In this document: piece by piece, positions 27,595 through 36,729 of the stretch
Layout of the letters: each line of letters opens with the position of its first letter
Numbering within the stretch: position 1 is the stretch's first letter
NCBI GenBank assembly: GCA_029974275.1
Contig: JARKSN010000098.1
Coordinates: 1-44,009, forward strand
Direction: 5' to 3'
DNA: 44,009 nt
DNA from: Candidatus Hydrogenedentota bacterium
GTDB lineage: Bacteria > Hydrogenedentota > Hydrogenedentia > Hydrogenedentales > SLHB01
Program-made: the position numbers and the translations under genes
The notes under the pieces: model-generated
What the model was told of the DNA's origin: nothing
The model's input: the letters and a program-made list of their open reading frames with translations, nothing else
Databases searched by the model: none

Positions 27595-29884
27595 GGGCGT
27601 CTTCCTTGCCAAGTTCAGCAGTGTCGGTTTCCAGCGCGCCCGTCGCGTGGACGAGCGGTATGACGACGCGGAACGTCGATCCCTCGCCGGGCGTACTGGA
27701 AACACTCACGCTGCCTTCGTGCAGTGTAATCATTTCGCTGACGATGAACAAGCCCAACCCCGTGCCGGCGGTCTGCAATCCAGGGCGTCGCACGCGATAA
27801 AACCGCTCGAAGATATGCTCGCGCTCGTCCTCCGGAATGCCCAACCCCGTGTCGCTCACCTCCATGACGATCGCGTCCGGAACGTTCTCCAGGCGCACCG
27901 TCACTTGACCGCCGACAGGCGTGAACTTGATGGCATTGTCAATCAGATTAAACAAAATCGCGTACAACTTCTCGCTGTCGCCGATAGGCTGGGCGAGATC
28001 ATCGGCCACGATCCGTTCGAAACGAATTCCCTTGCGCATCATGGCCGGCCCAAGCGCCGCCGCCACCCGCCCCAGCACGCGCGCGACGTCCACCGGTTCG
28101 TTCACCATCAAAATGCGCCCTGCCTCGATGCGCGAAATCAGCAAGAGATCCTCTATCAAGGCCGTGAGCCGGTCGGCCTCTTCATTGATGATCGATAAGA
28201 ACCGGACGCGCCGTTCCGCTTCCATGCCGGGCTTGTTCAGCAACGTCGCCGCAAACCCTTTGATGGACGTCATCGGCGTGCGCAATTCGTGCGAAACCGC
28301 CGACACGAAATCCGTCTTCATCTGATCCAGCGCGCGTTCCTTGGTCACGTCGTTGAGAATCGTCACGTATCCCGTCGCCCCGTCCGAAAGGTCCGGTATG
28401 CGCGTGCGCGTGGCCCACAACGTCCGAGCGCTTCCCACATGCAACTCGCGCTTGACAAGGTTTTGTCCGGCGGCGGCGGTTTCCCGCCATATCGCCCGGA
28501 AGGGGTCGTCGTTCACCAGAGAGAGGAAATCCTCGCCCAAGGGATCGCGGCCGTGTATATCCAGCAACGCCTGCGCGGCCGGGTTCATCAGCGCCACCGA
28601 GTGAGTCTGATCCGTTACGACCACGCCTTCGCCGATACTGCGCAAAATGGTCTCCAGACGATTCCGCTCCTGCGCTTGCGCCACGCTTTTCGCGGTGCTT
28701 TCGGCCTCGGCCTCGCGCCGTTCGACGGCCTCGCCCAGCGTATGGGCGACGGCATCGAGCAGTTTGCGCTCGCTGGGCGAAAACGGTTCGTCTTCCGCGG
28801 CAAACCGGGGCTGATGACAGTAGAACACCTGGACCATTCCCCGCGCCCGATCGTTCGCCACAACGGCGGCGGAAAGCCCCCACTGCGTGCTTTCAAACGC
28901 CTCGCTCTGGTACTCCTCGTTGTCCAGCACGATGCGCGCCCGCGCGATTTCGGGATGCGACCACGCCTGCGGCAAAAGCCCCACAACCTCCCGGCATACA
29001 TCGGCGAGGGCCTCCTCTTTCCGGATCGCCTCGGTGAGCCCCCACAAGCACGCCAATTCCTTCATTTGCTGCTGATAGCCGCGCAGCAGCCGTTCCGACC
29101 GATCCTCGACGCGCCGCCGTTCCAATTCTCCGCTCAACAGCCCCGCGAACACCCGCAGCACGGATTCCAGTTCCATCGGCGCGTGCAACGGCTCATCGTC
29201 CATGATGGCAAACACGCCGATCGCATCGCCCGACGCGCTCATCAACGGAATGCCAAGGTAACTGACCGCTCCGAATTCCTGGGACCACGAGAAAGAAGAA
29301 TACCGCCCGGCCAAATCCGTCTCGACGCAGAAAGCGCGATCCTGGCCGCGACGAGCATGGGCGAAGGGAGTATGCACAATCTTGAGCGTTCGCTCGGCGA
29401 CAAATCCTCGGTCTACCCAGAGCGCCAGCGTCCGCACATACTTTGGCGACGTGTCCGTAATCTCTCCAATCAACGCCACCCGCATGCCCTGCGACGCCAC
29501 GAGCATGCGCACGACGCATTCGAAGATGTTTTCACGCGCGACGGACGACGTCACGCCAAGGAGCAGCCGCAATGTTTCCTGCGTGCGGTGGAGATCCGAC
29601 ACGTCGCGCCCGTACCCATAGGCAAGTCCTGTCGCCGGATCTCCGATCAGCAAGACCATGTAAGGACGTCCGCCGATTTCCACCCGCTCCTCGCACGTTC
29701 CGCCGTCCGCGATCAACCGAGAGAGTTGGAGAGTCGAGAACGCCGGAAACCGATCGGAAAAAAGCGGGGAATCCTGCGGGCGTACGTCCCAGCATTCACG
29801 CGCCGCAGCATTGGCCCCGACGATCCGGTCCCCCATATCGACGTGAATTACGGGCGATGGGTTCCACTCTTCCGAAAAATTCAT
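27566..29884 (-). CDS. Cytoplasmic GAF/PAS sensor histidine kinase
   Basis: GAF (SYLGIPL), PAS (SIGEGVVVTD...MNPAA), SHELRTPMTSI, NLIDNAIKF, DTGLGI and GTGLGL. No evident TM segment; overlaps the DGC start. Confidence 0.92.
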   Translation of the reverse strand: MNFSEEWNPSPVIHVDMGDRIVGANAAARECWDVRPQDSPLFSDRFPAFSTLQLSRLIADGGTCEERVEIGGRPYMVLLIGDPATGLAYGYGRDVSDLHRTQETLRLLLGVTSSVARENIFECVVRMLVASQGMRVALIGEITDTSPKYVRTLALWVDRGFVAERTLKIVHTPFAHARRGQDRAFCVETDLAGRYSSFSWSQEFGAVSYLGIPLMSASGDAIGVFAIMDDEPLHAPMELESVLRVFAGLLSGELERRRVEDRSERLLRGYQQQMKELACLWGLTEAIRKEEALADVCREVVGLLPQAWSHPEIARARIVLDNEEYQSEAFESTQWGLSAAVVANDRARGMVQVFYCHQPRFAAEDEPFSPSERKLLDAVAHTLGEAVERREAEAESTAKSVAQAQERNRLETILRSIGEGVVVTDQTHSVALMNPAAQALLDIHGRDPLGEDFLSLVNDDPFRAIWRETAAAGQNLVKRELHVGSARTLWATRTRIPDLSDGATGYVTILNDVTKERALDQMKTDFVSAVSHELRTPMTSIKGFAATLLNKPGMEAERRVRFLSIINEEADRLTALIEDLLLISRIEAGRILMVNEPVDVARVLGRVAAALGPAMMRKGIRFERIVADDLAQPIGDSEKLYAILFNLIDNAIKFTPVGGQVTVRLENVPDAIVMEVSDTGLGIPEDEREHIFERFYRVRRPGLQTAGTGLGLFIVSEMITLHEGSVSVSSTPGEGSTFRVVIPLVHATGALETDTAELGKEDAHDGNEVLQS

Positions 29885-30086
29885 GCGCCTCCCGACGACA
29901 TCCCGAACTGGCAGCGGCACAAGCGCGCCGCCCCGCCGCGTGTCGCCTTACAAAGGTATTGTACCTAAAGGGCTTTTCCGGCGCCAGCAAACGAGCGCCT
30001 CTGACTCAACGGCGCGTTGCATGCGTCCGCGTGCGCTGCTATGCTCGCTCCGGCGCGCATGCCATGGCCTACATGGGGAGAAGGAC

Positions 30087-30857
30087 ATGCCTATCATTGC
30101 CACCTGGAACGTCAACGGGATCCGCGCGGCCGTGCGTAACGGATTTTTAGCATGGCTCGACGACGTCCGTCCGGATATCGTATGTCTTCAGGAGACGCGC
30201 GCGGGAACGGAAGATTTGCCCGACGATGTCCTCAGACCATCGGGTTATGAGAGCCTGTGGCGCGCCGCCACGAAAAAGGGATACAGCGGCGTGGCGGTCT
30301 ATTACAAGCCTGGATTCGAGCCGATGGAGGCCGAATCCTTGGGAGATCCGCGTTTCGACGTTGAGGGCCGCGCGCTGGTTCTCGCCTACAAGGACTTCAC
30401 GCTGATCAACGCTTACTACCCAAACAGCCAGCCTGAGAAGGCGCGATTGGAGTACAAGTTGGCATTTTGCGACGCCATGCTCGCTTTTTGTCAACGGGTG
30501 CGCCGTGCGGGAAAAAACGTGGTTGTATGCGGCGATTACAACATCGCTCCGACGGAGATCGATCTGGCCCGCCCCGCCCAGAACGAAAATTCAGCGGGAT
30601 ATTACCCGGAAGAGCGCGCCGCCATGCAGGCCTTTCTTGCCGCGGGCTATGTGGACGCGTTCCGCCTGTTCTGTCCCGATCCCGGCCATTACACGTGGTG
30701 GTCCTACCGCGCCAAGGCGCGGGAGAAGAACATCGGATGGCGGATCGATCACCACTGCGTCAACCGGGAATTCGCAGGGCGCGTGAAATCCGTGATCATC
30801 CAGAACGCCGTCATGGGGTCGGATCATTGCCCTGTATTGCTGACGCTCAAAAACTAG
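30087..30857 (+). CDS. xth: Exodeoxyribonuclease III / AP endonuclease
   Basis: TWNVNGIRA, CLQETR, GYSGVA, EGR, GDYNIA, YTWWSYR, GWRIDH and GSDHCPV. Confidence 0.96.
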   Translation: MPIIATWNVNGIRAAVRNGFLAWLDDVRPDIVCLQETRAGTEDLPDDVLRPSGYESLWRAATKKGYSGVAVYYKPGFEPMEAESLGDPRFDVEGRALVLAYKDFTLINAYYPNSQPEKARLEYKLAFCDAMLAFCQRVRRAGKNVVVCGDYNIAPTEIDLARPAQNENSAGYYPEERAAMQAFLAAGYVDAFRLFCPDPGHYTWWSYRAKAREKNIGWRIDHHCVNREFAGRVKSVIIQNAVMGSDHCPVLLTLKN

Positions 30858-30866
30858 GGGGCGCCT

Positions 30867-31448
30867 ATGAAGTCGCAGGTCACCACACGGCGCGGCGACG
30901 CCGGTCAAACGACATCGTTGAGCGGGGCGCGCTATTCCAAGGGGCATCCTATCATGGAATGCGTGGGAACGCTCGACGAACTGCGCGCGCATCTTGCACT
31001 TCTCCGGCTTGAAATCGCGGCAAGCGGACGGCCCGATGCGGAGGCGCTTGCCGGCTTTACGCAGTGGCTGATGTATCTTTGCTTTCCCCTCGGTTCAGCG
31101 TTGAGCGATCCGGAAAACACTCGGGCCGAGCGCCATCCGACTGTTCTGACCGCGGCGCATCTCGACCGATTGGAACAAGAACAGGAGCGTCTCGAGAAAC
31201 AGACGCCCTTGCCCCACGCCTTCGTGATCGGCGCGACCAACACGGCCGCCGCCCGTGCCGACATCGCCTGCGCCGTCGCCCGGAGGCTCGAACGCGAGAC
31301 CGTCCGCTTGGTCGAGCAGGTCCCTGCTTGCGACGCCAAAAGCATCCTGGCATTTCTCAACCGGCTCAGCGATTTCCTCTTCATCCTCGCCCGCCACCTC
31401 GAAGACGGCGACCATATCACGGTGGATTACGGTCAACTCGGGCCATAA
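30867..31448 (+). CDS. PduO-type cob(I)yrinic acid a,c-diamide adenosyltransferase
   Basis: TRRGDAGQT, GTLDEL, ARRLER and LNRLSDFLFILAR. Confidence 0.88.
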   Translation: MKSQVTTRRGDAGQTTSLSGARYSKGHPIMECVGTLDELRAHLALLRLEIAASGRPDAEALAGFTQWLMYLCFPLGSALSDPENTRAERHPTVLTAAHLDRLEQEQERLEKQTPLPHAFVIGATNTAAARADIACAVARRLERETVRLVEQVPACDAKSILAFLNRLSDFLFILARHLEDGDHITVDYGQLGP

Positions 31449-31529
31449 ATCCATCGTGCGGCGGTGCAACGAGTCCGCTTTCGCGCCTCGGAAAAACGGG
31501 GATGCGCGCCCCGAGCTTGGCGCGCTCAG

Positions 31530-31558
31530 TTGCATCTTGTTCCCGGGTTTTGTATAGT
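31530..31558 (+). promoter_or_regulatory. Putative sigma70 promoter of ppdK
   Basis: TTGCAT, 17 bp, TATAGT. Confidence 0.6.
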
Positions 31559-31669
31559 CTCCCTGTCTGTCGAATCGGGAGTTTGTGGCCCAAAAGGCCT
31601 CTTTCGCAAAGCGATCGCACCCAAGTGCGACATGTTGTCCAGTCCAATACAGCAAGGAGAAACGTTACG

Positions 31670-34465
31670 ATGGCGAAGAAGAATGTCTATTTTTTTGGCG
31701 GCGGCAAGGCCGACGGCAAGGCCGAAATGAAGAACCTGTTGGGCGGCAAGGGCGCCAATCTGGCCGAGATGTGCAGTCTGGGCATTCCGGTGCCGGCGGG
31801 TTTCACGATCACGACGGAAGTGTGCACCGAGTACTACAAAAACAAGGCGAAGTTCTCGAAAGAGCTCACGACCGAAGTCAACAAGGCGTTGGCCAAGGTT
31901 GAGTCGGTCATGAAAAAGAAGTTCGGCGACCCCAAGAACCCGCTTCTTGTGTCGATCCGCTCGGGCGCGCGCCGCTCGATGCCTGGCATGATGGACACCG
32001 TGCTGAACGTCGGCCTGACCTCGAAGACCCTGCCCGGCATGATCGCGAAGACGAACAACGAACGCTTCGTGTGGGACGCCTATCGCCGTCTCATCATGAT
32101 GTACGCGGACGTCGTGATGGAAAAGGCCGCGGGCATCGAACCTGCCGACGGCCACGGCGTGCGTCTTCAGCTTGAGCATGCCATGGAAAAAATGAAGAAG
32201 GCCCGCGGCATTACCGAAGACACCGATCTGACCGCCGCCGACCTCAAGGAACTCTGCGACGAGTTCAAGGCCATCGTGAAGAAAGTCATCGGAAAGCCTT
32301 TTCCGGACGATCACACCGAACAGATGTGGGGCGGCATCCGCGCCGTCTTCCAGTCGTGGAACGGCAAGCGCGCCATTTCCTATCGCCGCATCGAGCGCAT
32401 CCCCGATGAGTGGGGCACGGCCGTCAACGTGCAGGCGATGGTCTTCGGCAACACGGGCGAGAATTCGGCGACCGGCGTGGCCTTCACGCGCGACCCGGCC
32501 ACCGGCGACAACAAGTTCTACGGCGAGTGGCTCGTCAACGCCCAGGGCGAAGACGTGGTGGCCGGCATCCGCACCCCCAGCCCGTTGAACAAGTCCACGC
32601 GCACCGAGCACAGCGCCCACCTGAAGTCGCTTGAAGAGGAATCGCCCAAGCTGTACAAACAGCTCGATGGCATCCGCAACAAGCTCGAGAAGCACTACAA
32701 GGACATGCAGGACCTCGAGTTCACGATCGAAGAAGGCACGCTGTGGATGCTCCAGTGCCGCATCGGCAAGCGCACCGGAACGGCCGCGATTCGCATGGCC
32801 GTCGAAATGGCCGAGAGCAAGCTGATCGACAAGGCGACCGCCATCATGCGCGTTGCGCCAGAACAGCTCGACGAGTTGTTGCACCCGATGCTTGACCCGA
32901 AGGCCGAGAAGGCCGCGACGGTTCTGGCGAAGGGTCTTCCGGCCGGTCCCGGCGGCGGCGTAGGCCAAATCGTGTTCACCGCCGACGACGCAGCCGCATG
33001 GGCCAAGGCTGGCAAGAAGGTCATCCTGGTCCGCAACGAGACCTCGCCCGAAGACGTTCACGGCATGCACGTGGCCCAGGCCATTTTGACGGCCAAGGGC
33101 GGCATGACCTCGCACGCGGCGTTGGTGGCGCGTGGCTGGGGCAAGTGCTGCATCGTCGGGTGCGGCGCGCTGCACATCCACGTCGCCAACAGGACCCTCA
33201 CCGTCGGCGGCAAGACCCTCAAGGAAGGCGACTGGGTGTCCATGAACGGTTCGTCCGGCAAGGTTTACGAGGGCAAAGTCCCCGTGTTGCCGGCCCAGCC
33301 CGAGTTGAACCCCTACTACAAGAAAATCATGAAGTGGGCCGACGAGACCCGCCAGATCAACGTGCGCACGAATGCCGACAGTCCCGCCGACGCCAAGCAG
33401 GCGATCGCACTGGGCGCGGAAGGCATCGGTCTGTGCCGCACCGAGCACATGTTCTTCGATCCCAAGCGCATCATCCATGTGCGCGAGATGATCCTCGCCG
33501 AGAACGAAGAGACCCGCCGCAAGGCCGTCATGAAGCTGTTGCCCTTCCAGAAGAGCGACTTCCTCGGCATTTTCGAGGCGATGGCCGGCAAGCCCGTCAC
33601 GGTTCGCTTGCTCGACCCGCCGCTGCACGAGTTCGTCACGCTCGACCACAAGCAGATTGAAGAGCTGTCCGGCCAGATCGGCGTGTCGGTCGACAAGATC
33701 AAGAACCGCATCGCCCAATTGCACGAACTGAACCCGATGCTCGGCCACCGCGGCTGCCGCTTGGGCATCGCGTATCCCGAGATCACCGAGATGCAGGCGC
33801 GCGCCATCCTCGAAGCGACTGCCGAACTGACCAAGAAGAAGGTCAAGGTGCTGCCCGAGATCATGATCCCGTTGGTGGGCCACCCGAACGAATTCGCCAA
33901 CCAGGAAGCCATCGTGCGCCGCGTCGCCGACGACGTGCAGAAGGCGTACAAGATGAAGCTGAACTACATGGTCGGCACCATGATCGAGATCCCGCGCGCC
34001 GCGCTGGTCGCGAACAAGATCGCCGAGAAGGCCGAGTTCTTCAGCTTTGGCACCAACGACCTCACCCAGATGGGCTTCGGGTTCTCGCGCGACGACATCG
34101 GCGGATTCCTGCCGTACTACATCGAGAACAAAATTCTGCCGGAAGACCCGTTCCAAGTCCTCGACCAAGACGGCATCGGCCAGTTGGTGCAGATCGGCGT
34201 TGAGCGCGGTCGTTCGACCCGCCCCGAGTTGAAGGTCGGCATCTGCGGCGAGCACGGCGGCGAACCCTCGTCCGTCAAGTTCTGCCACCGCGTCGGCATG
34301 AACTACGTCAGCTGCAGCCCCTTCCGCGTGCCCATCGCCCGCTTCGCCGCGGCCCAGGCTGCCCTCGAAACCCCGCGCAAATGCGCCTGCAAAGGCAAGT
34401 GCGGTTCCAAAAAAGTGGCCACGAAAAAGACCGCCGCGAAAGCCAAGGCAAAAGGCAAGAAGTAA
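31670..34465 (+). CDS. ppdK: Pyruvate, phosphate dikinase
   Basis: LLGGKGANLAEM, SMPGMMDT, NAQGEDVVAG, GGMTSHAA (phospho-His), GLCRTEHMF, FSFGTNDLTQ and GICGEHGG. AAGGAG RBS before ATG 31670. Confidence 0.98.
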   Translation: MAKKNVYFFGGGKADGKAEMKNLLGGKGANLAEMCSLGIPVPAGFTITTEVCTEYYKNKAKFSKELTTEVNKALAKVESVMKKKFGDPKNPLLVSIRSGARRSMPGMMDTVLNVGLTSKTLPGMIAKTNNERFVWDAYRRLIMMYADVVMEKAAGIEPADGHGVRLQLEHAMEKMKKARGITEDTDLTAADLKELCDEFKAIVKKVIGKPFPDDHTEQMWGGIRAVFQSWNGKRAISYRRIERIPDEWGTAVNVQAMVFGNTGENSATGVAFTRDPATGDNKFYGEWLVNAQGEDVVAGIRTPSPLNKSTRTEHSAHLKSLEEESPKLYKQLDGIRNKLEKHYKDMQDLEFTIEEGTLWMLQCRIGKRTGTAAIRMAVEMAESKLIDKATAIMRVAPEQLDELLHPMLDPKAEKAATVLAKGLPAGPGGGVGQIVFTADDAAAWAKAGKKVILVRNETSPEDVHGMHVAQAILTAKGGMTSHAALVARGWGKCCIVGCGALHIHVANRTLTVGGKTLKEGDWVSMNGSSGKVYEGKVPVLPAQPELNPYYKKIMKWADETRQINVRTNADSPADAKQAIALGAEGIGLCRTEHMFFDPKRIIHVREMILAENEETRRKAVMKLLPFQKSDFLGIFEAMAGKPVTVRLLDPPLHEFVTLDHKQIEELSGQIGVSVDKIKNRIAQLHELNPMLGHRGCRLGIAYPEITEMQARAILEATAELTKKKVKVLPEIMIPLVGHPNEFANQEAIVRRVADDVQKAYKMKLNYMVGTMIEIPRAALVANKIAEKAEFFSFGTNDLTQMGFGFSRDDIGGFLPYYIENKILPEDPFQVLDQDGIGQLVQIGVERGRSTRPELKVGICGEHGGEPSSVKFCHRVGMNYVSCSPFRVPIARFAAAQAALETPRKCACKGKCGSKKVATKKTAAKAKAKGKK

Positions 34466-34487
34466 GCCTTTTGGGCCGCTAATAACC

Positions 34488-34524
34488 AAACGCCCTCGGA
34501 TTCAACCGAATCCGAGGGCGTTTT
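34488..34524 (+). terminator. Rho-independent terminator after ppdK, possibly bidirectional
   Basis: AAACGCCCTCGGATTC-aacc-GAATCCGAGGGCGTTTT, a 16-bp perfect stem. Confidence 0.85.
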
Positions 34525-34534
34525 CATGTTCGAA

Positions 34535-34595
34535 TGTGGGGGAACCTCTTTGAAAAGAGTCCCACACCCCTTCCAGAAACTCTTCAGCGCTTCGC
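34535..34595 (+). repeat. Degenerate copy of the REP-like element
   Basis: TGTGGGGGAACCTCTTTGAAAAGAGTCCCACACCCCTTCCAGAAACTCTT...GCGCTTCGC aligns by eye with copy 1. Confidence 0.6.
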
Positions 34596-34692
34596 ATGCA
34601 GACAGCCGACGCCTGCTATTGTTGCCGAGCGCATGATAGCTAACGCGGCCTGCGTCGAATGGACGTCGACGCCACGCAAATAACAAGACCGT

Positions 34693-35487
34693 TTAGACTA
34701 TTCGTCGGCGGCGATAGAGCCATAGCCAGCCTGTGCTCGCCAATAGCAGTGCCGCCATGACAACCCCCACATTTTGCACTGCAGGGAGTTGCCCCGCGAG
34801 ATTGTCTGCATTTGGGTCATGGCCCAGCTTGGCTGCCAGACCGTCCAACACCCCGTCGCCGTTCGTATCGGGATTGTCTGGGGAAGAGCCATAGGTCAGT
34901 GGCGGGTTGTAAGTTCCGGTCTCCTGGTTGTCGAAAAGTCCGTCACTGTCGGAGTCCATGCCGAAAATCATCATAGTATAGAGCGGTCCGTTTCCCAGGA
35001 AGATATGCCCATTCGACGTGCATGCATCCACGGCGCCGCCGGTCCAGACACCGCCAAGCCGAACTGGTGCATCGGGATCCTGAACGTCTACAACATCAAG
35101 TCCTTCCCACTTGAGGCACAGGAATATCTTGTTTCCATCCAGCGCCATGCCGCGGATTCCGGGAGTGGTTTCATAGTTGCTCCGTCTGGTCAGATTAAAA
35201 GGATCCGAAACATCGACGATGTCCAGACGCCCCCCTCGATATCCGCCCGTCCACCCATCGGCCCAACCTATATAAGCAAGTCCTGACTGGACGACAATCT
35301 TGTACGGGTACGGTATCTGATTGTAATCGTCGGGCAACTGAAGAGAGCCCAAGAGTGTTGGCGCTTCGGGATTGCTCACGTCCAGAACGTGAAGATAGCC
35401 ACCGGCATTGAAGTCGTGCAAAACGAGATAAACAAGATTCCCCGCAATCGCCACCCGCCACGGCTTGCTGGTGGGGACATACGATCC
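34693..35487 (-). pseudogene. 3' part of an interrupted LVIVD-repeat surface protein, with DxDxDG repeats and a C-terminal TM anchor
   Basis: LHVLDVSNPEAPTLLGS, LDIVDVSDP and LDVVDVQDPDAP repeats. The frame is open upstream of GTG 35454 (GSYVPTSKPWR), and there is no signal peptide. Confidence 0.75.
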
Positions 35488-35564
35488 TAGGATTAAAGCG
35501 GATTAAAGGGACACAATACTTAATTATTGATCTTTCGGTGCGGCCATGTTAATCTTGGGGTGCT

Positions 35565-35750
35565 ATTGCACGTATGACCCGCATTGTTGTTCCGGATATG
35601 CCGCACCATGTCACCCAACGGGGTAACCGGCGGTAACCGGTGTTTTTTTGTGACGTGGACTACGCGTATTGCGTTTACGTGATGAGCGATTGGCGTGTGC
35701 GGTGTGGGCGTATCGTCTGATGCCGAACCACGTCCATATTTGTCTGATGG
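35565..35750 (+). pseudogene. Decayed REP-associated tyrosine (HUH/Y1) transposase, N-terminal fragment
   Basis: Reads (I)ARMTRIVVPDMPHHVTQRGNRR*PVFF, then shifts frame to CAVWAYRLMPNHVH (HUH motif). Premature TAA at 35634-35636. Confidence 0.85.
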
Positions 35751-35919
35751 AAGCGGAAAATATAAGAAACTCGTCTTCGATAATGACACCACCAAGCACA
35801 ATGGAAGGCATATGGATAGAAAAATCGGCCGTTCAGGTCGCCCCGATAAGACTATAGGTCGTGACCCGTGTTAGTTAGGTCGGCCTCCTATGGTTTCGGG
35901 GGGCAATAAGGACATAAGT

Positions 35920-36264
35920 ATGAGATTTACTTACAAAAATACGCAAATCTTCGATATCCTCGTGCTTGTTAATCGTTCAGAGCTAGGAGATTTTCTGGGC
36001 ACGCTTGAAGGCTATCAAGAATCTGAAAACGGGCTTATCACCGGAAAAACGTATTGTGGGGAAATTCCGGGGCTTTTTTGGTTGACTCATGAGCACATCC
36101 TTGACGACCAAAGCCCTCGTGGATGTGAGAGCAGAGACTGTCGTGAAATAAAGACGTTTTTGTGCACTGAGGCGACAATTGCCTCTATAGGGGATGGAAA
36201 TATCGAGCGCACTGTATTAGACGACGATGAGGGTAGACTTGTCGATCTGGAGGAGCAGTGCTGA
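35920..36264 (+). CDS. Small acidic hypothetical protein (insertion cargo)
   Basis: 114 aa in AT-rich DNA, with an AAGGA RBS before ATG 35920. No recognisable motif. Confidence 0.5.
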   Translation: MRFTYKNTQIFDILVLVNRSELGDFLGTLEGYQESENGLITGKTYCGEIPGLFWLTHEHILDDQSPRGCESRDCREIKTFLCTEATIASIGDGNIERTVLDDDEGRLVDLEEQC

Positions 36265-36343
36265 TTCAGGCATGTTGCAGTACAAATTTTTTGATTCGGC
36301 AAATATTCGAGAGCGGCAGGCAATGTGTAACATGGAGCACGGT

Positions 36344-36673
36344 ATGGTAATTGTTAATATGGACAAAGGGAGACAACTTCCATTTTTGCACGTTTTCTTG
36401 ACCCAAGAAGACATTCAAGGGATTATCGATATGCTACGAAAACTTGAGGCGGGCAATGGAGGGCCTTCCTCGGTTACGTCGTACGTGAATTGCGGGGAAA
36501 AAGAAAATAGCCGACCTCGAACAATTCGAATCGGATTAATGGATGAACGGCACTTGCATGAAGAGGGCTGGCCTGATGAAGCGCAAACGCTAATTCTGGA
36601 TAATCAACATAGGATTCCAGAACCCGACTTGCGATGGATACATCAAAATGACTCCGCGAAATCTCAGGGTTAG
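36344..36673 (+). CDS. Small hypothetical protein (insertion cargo, possibly immunity-like)
   Basis: GGAG RBS before ATG 36344; 109 aa MVIVNMDKGRQLPFLHVFLTQEDIQGIIDMLRKL. Upstream starts are possible. Confidence 0.55.
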   Translation: MVIVNMDKGRQLPFLHVFLTQEDIQGIIDMLRKLEAGNGGPSSVTSYVNCGEKENSRPRTIRIGLMDERHLHEEGWPDEAQTLILDNQHRIPEPDLRWIHQNDSAKSQG

Positions 36674-36729
36674 GTCGGTACGTTTTACTGTGATGCAAAG
36701 CACAATCTCCTAAAGGATGGAGAAGGTGT

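Noticed and set aside
28289..29968. 559-aa plus-strand ORF
   Set aside because: It is antisense to the histidine kinase, Arg/Pro/Gln-rich and motif-free.
31064..31669. 200-aa N-terminal extension of PPDK in the ORF track
   Set aside because: It overlaps the adenosyltransferase gene. The promoter and AAGGAG RBS point to ATG 31670.
31526..34489. 987-aa minus-strand ORF
   Set aside because: It is the antisense shadow of the strongly codon-biased ppdK and has no recognisable motifs.
35874..36678. Bona fide integron cassette array
   Set aside because: There is no integrase and no RYYYAAC...GTTRRRY attC palindrome after either ORF. I kept it only as a direct-repeat observation.
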